Shown one piece after another: positions 37,462 through 45,862 of a DNA stretch of 54,601 nt. A model generated the notes under the pieces. That model was not told where the DNA came from and ran no database searches. It was given only the letters and a program-made list of their open reading frames with translations. Both the position numbers and the translations under genes were made by a program. The number at the start of each line of letters is the position of its first letter. Position 1 is the first letter of the stretch. The DNA comes from a virus (lineage: Duplodnaviria > Caudoviricetes), in IMG/VR virus record IMGVR_UViG_3300036715_000254, positions 1 to 54,601 of that record. One strand, 5' to 3'.

Positions 37462-38648
37462 TCAAATTTTCCAAATTAAGCGAAGCATTCAAAGAAGTTC
37501 CAACACACTTGAAGAGTGGTAATCCGAACAACAATCCACCAGCTCATAAGCCAGGTGACAAAGTGTGGGTAAAGAATCCAGCTTCTAAGAACGCAAAAGG
37601 AAAGCCAGGTATTGTTGTGAGTGTTGATAAAGACACTACAAAGGTTGCGCACCCTGATGGATATAGCATGAATTTCCCACACCATTATATCACTAAGCAT
37701 GTAGTTGAATGCGATGATATGGGTTACGCCAATAAGTCAATTGAGCTGGATGAGAATAATCCACCAGCTGCACACGAATTGCGTTCTGGGAGAGTTGATC
37801 CTGTTAAAAAGCATTCATGTTCAGTAACTGTTTCAAAAGACGGTAAAGAAGAAACTCGCAAGTTTAGCACAAGTCATTCTCACGGTAAAGAATTAACTGC
37901 ACGTCGAGCTATTGATTTTTACAAAAATAAAGGGTACAAATTTCATAATCTTGTGCACGAGTCTTTCTACACTGATGGTGAAGAGAACGAAGTAACTAAG
38001 GAACATAAGAAAGTTTATGATGCACAAACCAAATCCTTTAACAAAGACCGCGTGCAAAATGCCGCAGAAAAGAAGAGTCCAATTATGAAAGTATCAGAAT
38101 CGGAAGATGCGTTTAAAGGTGTGACTCCGGGAACTGGAAAAGTTGCAGCAAGAAACGATCATAAGCTAGGAAAAACGTCAACTAATCCTATTAATAAAAA
38201 GTATCATAAAGACCAACATGCGGATTGGGATGTCGATTATACAAAAGAATCTGACAGATTGAAAAAGAAAACAAAAAATGAATCTCTCAGCTTTAAGCAA
38301 TTCATCGATGAATCATCACCATTCGATTGGAAGAACACAAAATCCGAAATTGACTGGAAGAGCGACGATAAGACTTCCGATAAAGGCGGTGTTCACAAAG
38401 GAACTTACGGTTCCGAAGAACACAAAGCAAAGGGTGACGGATCAGTAGCACCAAAGAGAGGTCGCGGACGTCCTGCTGGTTCATATCAGGGTGAGTATAA
38501 GAAACGTGATCCTGCAGGAAAGGCTGCATCCGCACAAAAGACAATGGCTTCAAAAGCTGACGGTTTTGTAGCTCGTGACGAGTACAAACAATACATGCAC
38601 GATGCGATTAAAAAGCGCCAGCTTCAACTTGCTGGTATCACTAAATAA
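37458..38648 (+). CDS. Putative internal head protein with AT-hook
   Basis: MIKFSKLSE N-terminus, internal SFKQFIDE, KRGRGRP motif. Confidence 0.6.
   Translation: MIKFSKLSEAFKEVPTHLKSGNPNNNPPAHKPGDKVWVKNPASKNAKGKPGIVVSVDKDTTKVAHPDGYSMNFPHHYITKHVVECDDMGYANKSIELDENNPPAAHELRSGRVDPVKKHSCSVTVSKDGKEETRKFSTSHSHGKELTARRAIDFYKNKGYKFHNLVHESFYTDGEENEVTKEHKKVYDAQTKSFNKDRVQNAAEKKSPIMKVSESEDAFKGVTPGTGKVAARNDHKLGKTSTNPINKKYHKDQHADWDVDYTKESDRLKKKTKNESLSFKQFIDESSPFDWKNTKSEIDWKSDDKTSDKGGVHKGTYGSEEHKAKGDGSVAPKRGRGRPAGSYQGEYKKRDPAGKAASAQKTMASKADGFVARDEYKQYMHDAIKKRQLQLAGITK
38640..38647 (+). promoter_or_regulatory. T4 late-like promoter (ACTAAATA)
   Basis: Followed by AAGGA and ATG 38673. Confidence 0.65.
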
Positions 38649-38672
38649 TATATCTCTTAAAGGAAAACTAAC

Positions 38673-39521
38673 ATGTCTCTATGGAATAACACAGACTCTG
38701 CAGCAAGCAAGCCAAAATCTCTAGCTGCTGGTCAGGTACTGACAATTAACTGGACTGGTGGAACTGGCTACACTAACGGTGCCGCGCAAGCAATGACACT
38801 TTCCGCTCCTCCAGCGGGTGGTGTTCAAGCTACTGCAACAGCAACAGTCGCTGGTGGTTTAATTACTGCAATCAATATCACTAACCAAGGTTCTGGATAT
38901 ACTGCTGCTCCAACCATTACGGCTGCACCAGCTGGCGGATCTGGCGCTGTGTTTACTCCAGTTATCCAAGCAATTAGTAAAACAACTGCTGGAAGCGCAA
39001 CATACCCAGTATCCATTATTTTCTTGGATAGCACTGAAGCTGCTTTGGCAGTGAACCGTAACAGGGGACTAAAGTTGCCTGGCTGGACTCGCTATCAAGA
39101 GTATGTTGATAACCAAGGTTTACCACGTTACAAAGTCGAAAACCTTGTTGCTATGTCACGTACATCAGCTCAAGCTGGCGACTCTGCAGATGACGTTATC
39201 GCGGGCGACGCAGCGTTCAGTATTACATCTCAACCACCATTAACTGCATCTTCTGTAACAGGCGCAGTAGCTGGTTTGACAGTTGTATCGGCTGGTTCTA
39301 CATTCCAATGGCAAGTACGTCAACCAGCTGGAAGCGCTTATGTTAACGCAACCGGCACAATTGCTGGTGTCACATACGTTGGTGGTGGTACAGCAGCAAC
39401 ATTGGTATTGTCTGGTTTTACAGCTCCAAATGCTGGAACTAAATATCGTTGCCAAGTGTTCAACTCAACAGCGAACGCTGGCGCAACTTCAACCGTAACA
39501 ACAGTGGCATTTGGTAGCTAA
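38673..39521 (+). CDS. Virion decoration/fibre protein with C-terminal Ig-like domain
   Basis: RGLKLPGW..Y.EY.D..G..RYKVENLVA motif; ITSQP...TFQWQ...KYRCQV. Confidence 0.75.
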   Translation: MSLWNNTDSAASKPKSLAAGQVLTINWTGGTGYTNGAAQAMTLSAPPAGGVQATATATVAGGLITAINITNQGSGYTAAPTITAAPAGGSGAVFTPVIQAISKTTAGSATYPVSIIFLDSTEAALAVNRNRGLKLPGWTRYQEYVDNQGLPRYKVENLVAMSRTSAQAGDSADDVIAGDAAFSITSQPPLTASSVTGAVAGLTVVSAGSTFQWQVRQPAGSAYVNATGTIAGVTYVGGGTAATLVLSGFTAPNAGTKYRCQVFNSTANAGATSTVTTVAFGS

Positions 39522-39531
39522 TAACTAGCTT

Positions 39532-39888
39532 TTGTTTATTATGATTCGTAATGATAACGAGTATATAACTCGAGCGATGCATGCTTATGAAAATATTCAA
39601 GCAATATCGCTCGAGGAATTCAAAGAAGATTTGTTTCGTATCGTTACAATCAAAAAATGTATTACCAAGTACCAGCAAGGTGAAGAGTTGAATGTAAGGC
39701 TTTTGTTGAACAATTTCATAGTCCTGTTCAACGTATTTGGTAAAACTACTTTATCTCTTATTAAATATAAGTTAGAGCTAAGTCATTATCCAATAGCATT
39801 TGCGTTCCTAGTAAAGATAAATCAACTACCCAACTCAGAAGCGGTCTTACTAGATCAGTTTGTTGTACAGAAATTAAGAGAGATATGA
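39532..39888 (+). CDS. Conserved-type T4-like hypothetical protein (DUF7207-like)
   Basis: AMHAYEN...EF.ED..R...LNVRLLLN...LFNVFG. Confidence 0.7.
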   Translation: MFIMIRNDNEYITRAMHAYENIQAISLEEFKEDLFRIVTIKKCITKYQQGEELNVRLLLNNFIVLFNVFGKTTLSLIKYKLELSHYPIAFAFLVKINQLPNSEAVLLDQFVVQKLREI

Positions 39889-40634
39889 GAATAGTCGACA
39901 ACATTATTGCGCTTCGTATCCTATGGTTGCTAATTACACCATTTGAGAAGACTGACGCATTCAAGTTAGGACTAATTGATGATCAAGGAACGTTTCTCCG
40001 TAAAGCAAAAACCCCCGCTGAGGTAAACTCGTCCTCAATGTTGCACCGTTTAGTGTGGCGCATTAAGAAGTTTATCAACATGGTTCCGGGCGGCTCAACT
40101 AAAATTGGTTCGCTTGTTGCAGCTTACGCTCTGGTACGTGAGTGTATAGAACGTGATACTTATCTTCCCGAAACAGAACAGTTAAACGAATCCTATATGG
40201 CAACTCCAGTTGAACCTTTCGATATGGATTTGATTAAACATTTCTTTGCTATCATGGAAGATGGTGTCCCGACTAATGTGACTGGAAACGCAGTCGCTAC
40301 AGATACACCAAAGATTAAAGCACGTCGCGCAAAAGGTACGTTTACAGTTAAGCGTGAAACATTTGACAAGTTTAAAAGCGGAAAAGCAAAGTTTCGTCGT
40401 TGGGGTCATTATCTTAACCTAGATGATGACGTGGACCGCGAAGTGTATCACTACGCTAAAAAGAATCCACGCGGTATCCTTGTATTACAAGACGAAGAGG
40501 GTCGAACAAAAGGCGTTCGATACTCTAAACACGGTGGTGGAAACTGGCACGGTATCAAGCGTAAACCAAAGCAGGTTGTTGAGTCATATCTTAATGATTT
40601 AGATACTGAAATGGAAGTGATTGACTTGTGCTAA
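39885..40634 (+). CDS. Conserved-type T4-like hypothetical protein
   Basis: TPFEKTDAFKLGLID..G; HRLVWRIKK. Confidence 0.7.
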   Translation: MRIVDNIIALRILWLLITPFEKTDAFKLGLIDDQGTFLRKAKTPAEVNSSSMLHRLVWRIKKFINMVPGGSTKIGSLVAAYALVRECIERDTYLPETEQLNESYMATPVEPFDMDLIKHFFAIMEDGVPTNVTGNAVATDTPKIKARRAKGTFTVKRETFDKFKSGKAKFRRWGHYLNLDDDVDREVYHYAKKNPRGILVLQDEEGRTKGVRYSKHGGGNWHGIKRKPKQVVESYLNDLDTEMEVIDLC

Positions 40635-41260
40635 ATATATTCAGCTGGTTTACTAACGAACTTATCTACTCGCTAATCGTTCCTGGAATTGGGATTGGAG
40701 TAGTTCTATTGCTAATAGCGGAATTTGTTCCGGATTGGCTAAAACAATATCGTATTCAAGCACAGCTCCTTGGTTTAATAATCTGTATCTTTTTCACATT
40801 CCAATCTGGGCGTGAACATGAGTTTGACAATCAAAAATTAGTACTCGCAGAACAAAAAGCCCTAGTAGAACAATACAAAACAAAATCGGGCGAAGTTACG
40901 ATTGAAGTCCAGACTAAGTATGTGGACAAAATTAAATATGTTGAACGAATTAAAGAGGTACCAGTAAATGTTTATGTTACTAAAGAAGCTGATTCTAAGT
41001 GCGTCATTGATCCTGTCACTTCTGATGGTATCCGGTTGCTGCTCGACAGTTCCATTGCAGGGCAACTTCCCAAAGCCTCCACCGGAACTAATGAAGGTTC
41101 CACCAATGCTGAAACCACTACCGGTATCCAACTAAAGCTATCAACTATTGTAGCATCTGCTAAAGAAAACTATGCTACATCGTATCAAATACGTGAACAG
41201 TTAATCAGTTTACAAGAGTGGATAACAAAGCAAGACAAACTGTACAACAGTACCAAATAG
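40628..41260 (+). CDS. Rz-like inner-membrane spanin
   Basis: N-terminal TM segments, coiled coil, TKYVDK...VYV...ADSKC, C-terminal NY...EQL..LQEW pattern of Rz-like lysis proteins. Confidence 0.7.
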   Translation: MLNIFSWFTNELIYSLIVPGIGIGVVLLLIAEFVPDWLKQYRIQAQLLGLIICIFFTFQSGREHEFDNQKLVLAEQKALVEQYKTKSGEVTIEVQTKYVDKIKYVERIKEVPVNVYVTKEADSKCVIDPVTSDGIRLLLDSSIAGQLPKASTGTNEGSTNAETTTGIQLKLSTIVASAKENYATSYQIREQLISLQEWITKQDKLYNSTK

Positions 41261-41285
41261 TCTATTGCTGAGATCCTACAGAGGA

Positions 41286-41319
41286 ATTATAGCAAATATT
41301 TTCATGTATCCAAAATAAT
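41286..41319 (-). promoter_or_regulatory. Antisense promoter pointing into the spanin 3' end
   Basis: Minus strand ATTATTTTGGA-N17-TATAAT with extended TG. Confidence 0.7.
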
Positions 41320-41327
41320 GTTCTAGA

Positions 41328-41359
41328 TTATTTTGGATAGTGATTTGTTTGTTTATAAT
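41328..41359 (+). promoter_or_regulatory. TTATTTTGGA-box promoter for primase
   Basis: TTATTTTGGA 41328-41337, TATAAT 41354-41359; ATG 41366. Confidence 0.7.
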
Positions 41360-41365
41360 GGGAAC

Positions 41366-42373
41366 ATGATAGACATGTTCAAACTAACCTCGTATGCAAA
41401 TCGCGTAGGAGTATATCTTAAAAACTTCAAGCAAAAGAAAGCACGACTCTGGGAATTTAGCCATTCTTGCGAGGTTCAGCACGGCTTCAAATCTCTCAAG
41501 AAACGTGGCTATATTTACCAAACCACGGATGGAAAATCACTGAATGTTAAGTGTCAACACTGTGGTTACAGTAAAAGTCTGCCTAATTTCATACGAGAAA
41601 TTTCCCCCTCTTTATATGATGAGTTTCGGCTAGAAGCGTACCGAGACACGGATCCAGTTCGTGAGATTGTAAAAGAAGAGCAGATTCCAATTCCGGATGT
41701 AAACTTGGATGGATTAATTCCAGTAATTAGTTTGCCGCCGAGCTCACCCGTGTTAAAATTCCTGGAGAGACGATGTATCCCGAAGGAACATTATGATAAG
41801 CTGTATGTTGCGAAGCAATTTTATGATTGGGCAACGCAATACAAGCCGGAGTTTAAGGATTCGAAAGACAAAAGCCCAAGACTAGTAATTCCATACTTTC
41901 ATGACAATCGCGTCATTGGCTTTACATGTCGAACGTTTAACCCAAGCGTTGAACCTCGATATATACACTTACGGATAGACAAGAGAGTAGAATTTATATA
42001 TGGCACGGATCGAATCAATACTAACAAGAAAATCTATGTTGTTGAGGGAAATATTGATAGTCTTTTTCTTGATAATGCAATTGCTATTGGTGGGGCTCAT
42101 TATCATTTGGGATACCTCCAACAACACAAAAATAATTGCGTTATCATTCCTGATAGCGACTGGCGTCGCAATAAACAAGTGGGTGAGCAGCTACGTAAAG
42201 CAATTGAGTCTGGCTATCACGTCGCTTTCATGCCAGCTAGACTACGAGGCAAAGACATTAACGACTGGGTTAAAAACGGACTCACTAAATATCAACTCCA
42301 GCAAATAATCCAAGAAAACACAAAGCGAGGGCTAACAGCAAAGCTCGAGTTTTCTATTCTTAAAAAATACTAA
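41366..42373 (+). CDS. gp61: DNA primase (T4 gp61-like)
   Basis: CQHCG zinc motif, RLVIPY, YVVEG.IDSLF TOPRIM, KDIND. Confidence 0.92.
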   Translation: MIDMFKLTSYANRVGVYLKNFKQKKARLWEFSHSCEVQHGFKSLKKRGYIYQTTDGKSLNVKCQHCGYSKSLPNFIREISPSLYDEFRLEAYRDTDPVREIVKEEQIPIPDVNLDGLIPVISLPPSSPVLKFLERRCIPKEHYDKLYVAKQFYDWATQYKPEFKDSKDKSPRLVIPYFHDNRVIGFTCRTFNPSVEPRYIHLRIDKRVEFIYGTDRINTNKKIYVVEGNIDSLFLDNAIAIGGAHYHLGYLQQHKNNCVIIPDSDWRRNKQVGEQLRKAIESGYHVAFMPARLRGKDINDWVKNGLTKYQLQQIIQENTKRGLTAKLEFSILKKY

Positions 42374-42386
42374 CAAAAGGAAAACA

Positions 42387-44603
42387 ATGAACATTGGTAC
42401 ACAAATGCTATCAGAATCTAAATTTTACACCGGATATTCACGCTGGATAGATACTGATAACAGATACGAAACATGGAATGAATCAGTTGGTCGTGTGATG
42501 AATATGCACCGTGAAAAGTATAAGGAGAAGCTAACTCCGGAACTTGAAGCACTGATTCAATTTGCTGAAGATGCATATAAAGACAAAGCCGTTCTAGGCG
42601 CCCAGCGCGCATTACAGTTTGGCGGAGAACAATTGAGAAAACATGAAGCTCGCATGTATAATTGTTCAGTATCACACGTAGACCGCCCTGCGTTCTTTAA
42701 TGAAGCAATGTACCTTTTGCTATGTGGTTGTGGTGTTGGATTCTCAGTGCAGAAACGTCACATTGATAAACTTCCAACAATCGCACGCCGTTCGACAAAG
42801 AAGGCTAAGATCTTTCAAGTTCCTGATAGCATTGAAGGATGGGCTGACTCTTTTGCTGTGTTACTTTCCAGTTACTTTACTGAAGGCGCTACGCATCCAG
42901 AGTATAAGGGCTGCCAAGTTCACTTTGACTATTCTAAGATTCGTCTACGTGGTGCGTTGATTAGCGGCGGCTTCAAGGCTCCGGGTCCTGATGGTTTACG
43001 AGCGGCGTTAATCAAGTGTGAAGACTTGCTGGAGAACTTGCTGCGTGATAATCCAATTACAAAGATGAACAGTATCACTGCTTACGACTTTATCATGCAT
43101 ATGAGCGATGCAGTATTGTCGGGTGGTGTTCGTCGTAGCGCTACTATTTGTATTTTCGACAAAGACGATCAGGTTATGCTCAAAGCAAAGACTGGCGATT
43201 GGTTTACTACTAATCCCCAGCGCGGCCGTAGCAACAATTCTGCTATGTTGATTCGCGATCAGCTAACTCGTGAAGAGTGGGCGGAAATTATGAAGTCGGT
43301 TAAGGATTTTGGCGAGCCAGGATTTATTTTTTCTGACGACGCTGACTTTATGTTCAACCCATGCGTTGAAATTGGTATGTTGCCACGTACTGAAGATGGT
43401 GAGAGCGGATTCCAATTCTGTAATCTGACTGAAATTAACGGTGGACAATGTATTACATTAGATGCATTGTTGCGCGCATGTAAGGCTGGTGCAATCCTAG
43501 GTACGCTGCAATCTGGTTACACTAACTTTACCTACGTGTCGGATGCTACTCGCAAGATTACTGAACGTGAGTCTTTGTTAGGTGTTTCGATTACTGGATG
43601 GATGGGCAATCCAAAGGTGTTGTTTGATGAGAACAATATGATCGCTGGCGCAACAATGGTTCGCGATGTTAATAAGCAAGTCGCAAAGATGATTGGTATC
43701 CCACAAGCAGCCCGTACCACTTGTGTTAAGCCTTCTGGTAATGCTTCCATTATATTAGGTACTGATAGCGGAATCCATGGCGCACATGCTTCTAAATATT
43801 TCCGTCACGTACAAATGAATGACGATGATGAAGTCGCTCGTATCATTACTCAAGTTAATCCAAAGATGGTTGAGCGTTCTGTATGGAGTAGCAATGGTAC
43901 TGATGTAGTTGTTGCGTTCCCCGTTGTTTCAAAACCCGGATCGATTTACAAGTCGGAACTTTTGGGTGTAAAGCAATTGGAATATGTGAAGAAGGCGCAA
44001 CAGTTTTGGGTTGAGTATGGTACAAATTACAAACTGAGTGTTGACAAGCGCCTGCGTCATAATGTATCTAACACAATCAGCGTGGACAATTGGGACGAAG
44101 TTGAACAGTACATTTACGATAACCGTGCATTCTTTGCTGGCATTAGCTTGATGAGCGCATCGGGCGACAAGGCTTATGTACAGGCACCGTTCACTGAAGT
44201 TGTTGACCATAAGCAAATCATGAAGCTGTATGGTGAAGGATCTCTGTTTGCATCTGGATTAATTGTTGACGCTAACCACGCATTTAACAATAATCTATGG
44301 CAGGCATGTGATACAGTTATGGGTTATGGACTAAATATGGAAGATGATTCAATTCCAGCAATTGTACTAAAACGTGATTGGGTTCGTCGCGCTATTAAAT
44401 TTGCTGATACATACTTCAAGGGCAATCTGGAGCAAATGACGTTTTGTTTGAAAGATTGTAATAATCTACACAAATGGAACAACATTGTCCAGAGCATTAA
44501 GCCAATTGACTTTGCAACTGATTTGCTTGAAAAGACTTTTGTTGATGCTGACTCTCTAGGAAGCCAAGGTTGCGCTGGTGGCGCTTGTGAAATTACATTC
44601 TAA
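42387..44603 (+). CDS. nrdJ: Class II (adenosylcobalamin) ribonucleotide reductase
   Basis: GGVRRSA, NPCVEI, FCNLTEI, CVKPSG, C-terminal GCAGGAC; no nrdB adjacent. Confidence 0.9.
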   Translation: MNIGTQMLSESKFYTGYSRWIDTDNRYETWNESVGRVMNMHREKYKEKLTPELEALIQFAEDAYKDKAVLGAQRALQFGGEQLRKHEARMYNCSVSHVDRPAFFNEAMYLLLCGCGVGFSVQKRHIDKLPTIARRSTKKAKIFQVPDSIEGWADSFAVLLSSYFTEGATHPEYKGCQVHFDYSKIRLRGALISGGFKAPGPDGLRAALIKCEDLLENLLRDNPITKMNSITAYDFIMHMSDAVLSGGVRRSATICIFDKDDQVMLKAKTGDWFTTNPQRGRSNNSAMLIRDQLTREEWAEIMKSVKDFGEPGFIFSDDADFMFNPCVEIGMLPRTEDGESGFQFCNLTEINGGQCITLDALLRACKAGAILGTLQSGYTNFTYVSDATRKITERESLLGVSITGWMGNPKVLFDENNMIAGATMVRDVNKQVAKMIGIPQAARTTCVKPSGNASIILGTDSGIHGAHASKYFRHVQMNDDDEVARIITQVNPKMVERSVWSSNGTDVVVAFPVVSKPGSIYKSELLGVKQLEYVKKAQQFWVEYGTNYKLSVDKRLRHNVSNTISVDNWDEVEQYIYDNRAFFAGISLMSASGDKAYVQAPFTEVVDHKQIMKLYGEGSLFASGLIVDANHAFNNNLWQACDTVMGYGLNMEDDSIPAIVLKRDWVRRAIKFADTYFKGNLEQMTFCLKDCNNLHKWNNIVQSIKPIDFATDLLEKTFVDADSLGSQGCAGGACEITF

Positions 44604-44608
44604 GAAAT

Positions 44609-44857
44609 ATGAAACTATTAAAATTTTACGCAGACTGGTGCGGACCATGCAAGCAATTATCTGAAACACTTTCCACGATGGATGTGAATATGCTTGTTGA
44701 ACCAGTAAATATTGATGCAAGCAAAGCATTGTGCCTTAAGTACGGTGTGCGTTCAATTCCAGCACTTGTGTTGGTTGATCAAGAAGGTGTTGAAATGGGT
44801 CGCTTGCTGGGTAATCAACCAGCAAGCAAGATTACTGAACTAATGGAAAGAGTTTAA
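44609..44857 (+). CDS. trxA: Thioredoxin
   Basis: WCGPCK active site. Confidence 0.92.
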   Translation: MKLLKFYADWCGPCKQLSETLSTMDVNMLVEPVNIDASKALCLKYGVRSIPALVLVDQEGVEMGRLLGNQPASKITELMERV

Positions 44858-45000
44858 TGGCTAACAAACTAATTTTTACATGTAACGCATGTGGAGCAAC
44901 AGGAACTATCAAGGTTGATGACGACTTCGAGATTACTGTATGTCCATGCTGCGGAAATTGTCTTGATGTCGAGAATGATGATCTCGACGAGTACGAGTGA
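44857..45000 (+). CDS. 47-aa zinc-ribbon protein with acidic tail
   Basis: Hand-translated MANKLIFTCNACG...CPCCGN...DDLDEYE; coupled on both sides. Confidence 0.75.
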   Translation: MANKLIFTCNACGATGTIKVDDDFEITVCPCCGNCLDVENDDLDEYE

Positions 45001-45437
45001 CATGGTATTATAATAATGAAGTAATAGACGATATTGCTCAGTTCCCTCCAAAGGCACTAGGTTTTGTTTACAAAATTGAAAGAATTCACGATGGGAAATT
45101 CTACTATGGTAAGAAACTCGCGTACTTTACGAAGACTGCACTTAAGACGGTTACGCTTAAAAATGGCAGTAAGAAAAAGAAAAAGGTTCGGACACTCATA
45201 CCTTCTGATTGGAAGACCTACTGGAGCTCGTCGCCTGAGCTTATTGCGGATGTACAGGCTCTGGGGGCTGATAGCTTCCGAAGGGAAATCCTCTGCTTTT
45301 GCGAGAACAAAGGATCGTTAAGCTATTACGAGTTGCGCTTTCAGATGGATGATCGCGTTCTAGAAGTTGGGGACATGTCGTATAACGGGATAGTCAACGC
45401 ACGAATTCATCACAGTCACGTTCGACCAATTCTTTGA
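44997..45437 (+). CDS. Short GIY-YIG nuclease
   Basis: GFVYKI...YYGKK, WKTYWSS, FRREIL, YNG. Confidence 0.8.
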   Translation: MTWYYNNEVIDDIAQFPPKALGFVYKIERIHDGKFYYGKKLAYFTKTALKTVTLKNGSKKKKKVRTLIPSDWKTYWSSSPELIADVQALGADSFRREILCFCENKGSLSYYELRFQMDDRVLEVGDMSYNGIVNARIHHSHVRPIL

Positions 45438-45458
45438 ATGTCACATATATGTGACATT
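45437..45458. repeat. Perfect 22-bp palindrome
   Basis: AATGTCACATATATGTGACATT equals its reverse complement. Confidence 0.9.
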
Positions 45459-45560
45459 AACCCGGATAAAGCCACTTTTATGTGGCATGTCTGTAATCGC
45501 ATACACTAACGCGATAAGGTCGGTTATTACGGACATAATTTGATAGTCAAACCCGAAAGA

Positions 45561-45593
45561 TTATTTAAGATTTTCGGATTTGTCGTCTATAAT
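45561..45593 (+). promoter_or_regulatory. TTATTT-box promoter upstream of the deazaguanine operon
   Basis: TTATTTAAGA 45561-45570, 17 nt, TATAAT 45588-45593, then TGGAACA (compare GGGAACA at primase). Confidence 0.6.
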
Positions 45594-45610
45594 TGGAACA
45601 ACAGGAGTAA

Positions 45611-45862
45611 ATGATGGAACAAATTGAGCGGATAAATAACCCTTTACTGAAAAAGTATGCTGAGGAAGCTCAGTACAAGCATATAGGTGATTTTGGGATG
45701 ACAGTTATGGGTGGAGTTGATTTAGAATTTTTTGCACAAATGATTGTTATAAAATGTGCTAGATTGTGTACTGAACCTTATTTTACACCTGATGGTTGGA
45801 GCCATACAAATGCTGATCAACGCTGCTCAGATTTGATTAAAGAACACTTTGGAGTTGAGTAA
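45611..45862 (+). CDS. Hypothetical protein (EFFAQMIV...IKEHFGVE family)
   Basis: AGGAG RBS; common phage small-protein motif. Confidence 0.7.
   Translation: MMEQIERINNPLLKKYAEEAQYKHIGDFGMTVMGGVDLEFFAQMIVIKCARLCTEPYFTPDGWSHTNADQRCSDLIKEHFGVE

Noticed and set aside
21199-39521. Diversity-generating retroelement or invertible fibre segment
   Set aside because: No reverse transcriptase, recombinase, or template/variable repeat pair seen in the window.
42284-42291. ACTAAATA as a late promoter for nrdJ (also GCTAAATA at 40630 and GTTAAATA at 30900)
   Set aside because: These lie inside coding sequence or abut the ATG; such AT-rich matches are expected by chance.
42387-44603. Intron or intein in nrdJ
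   Set aside because: Continuous 738-aa frame of ordinary size; no splicing motifs noticed.
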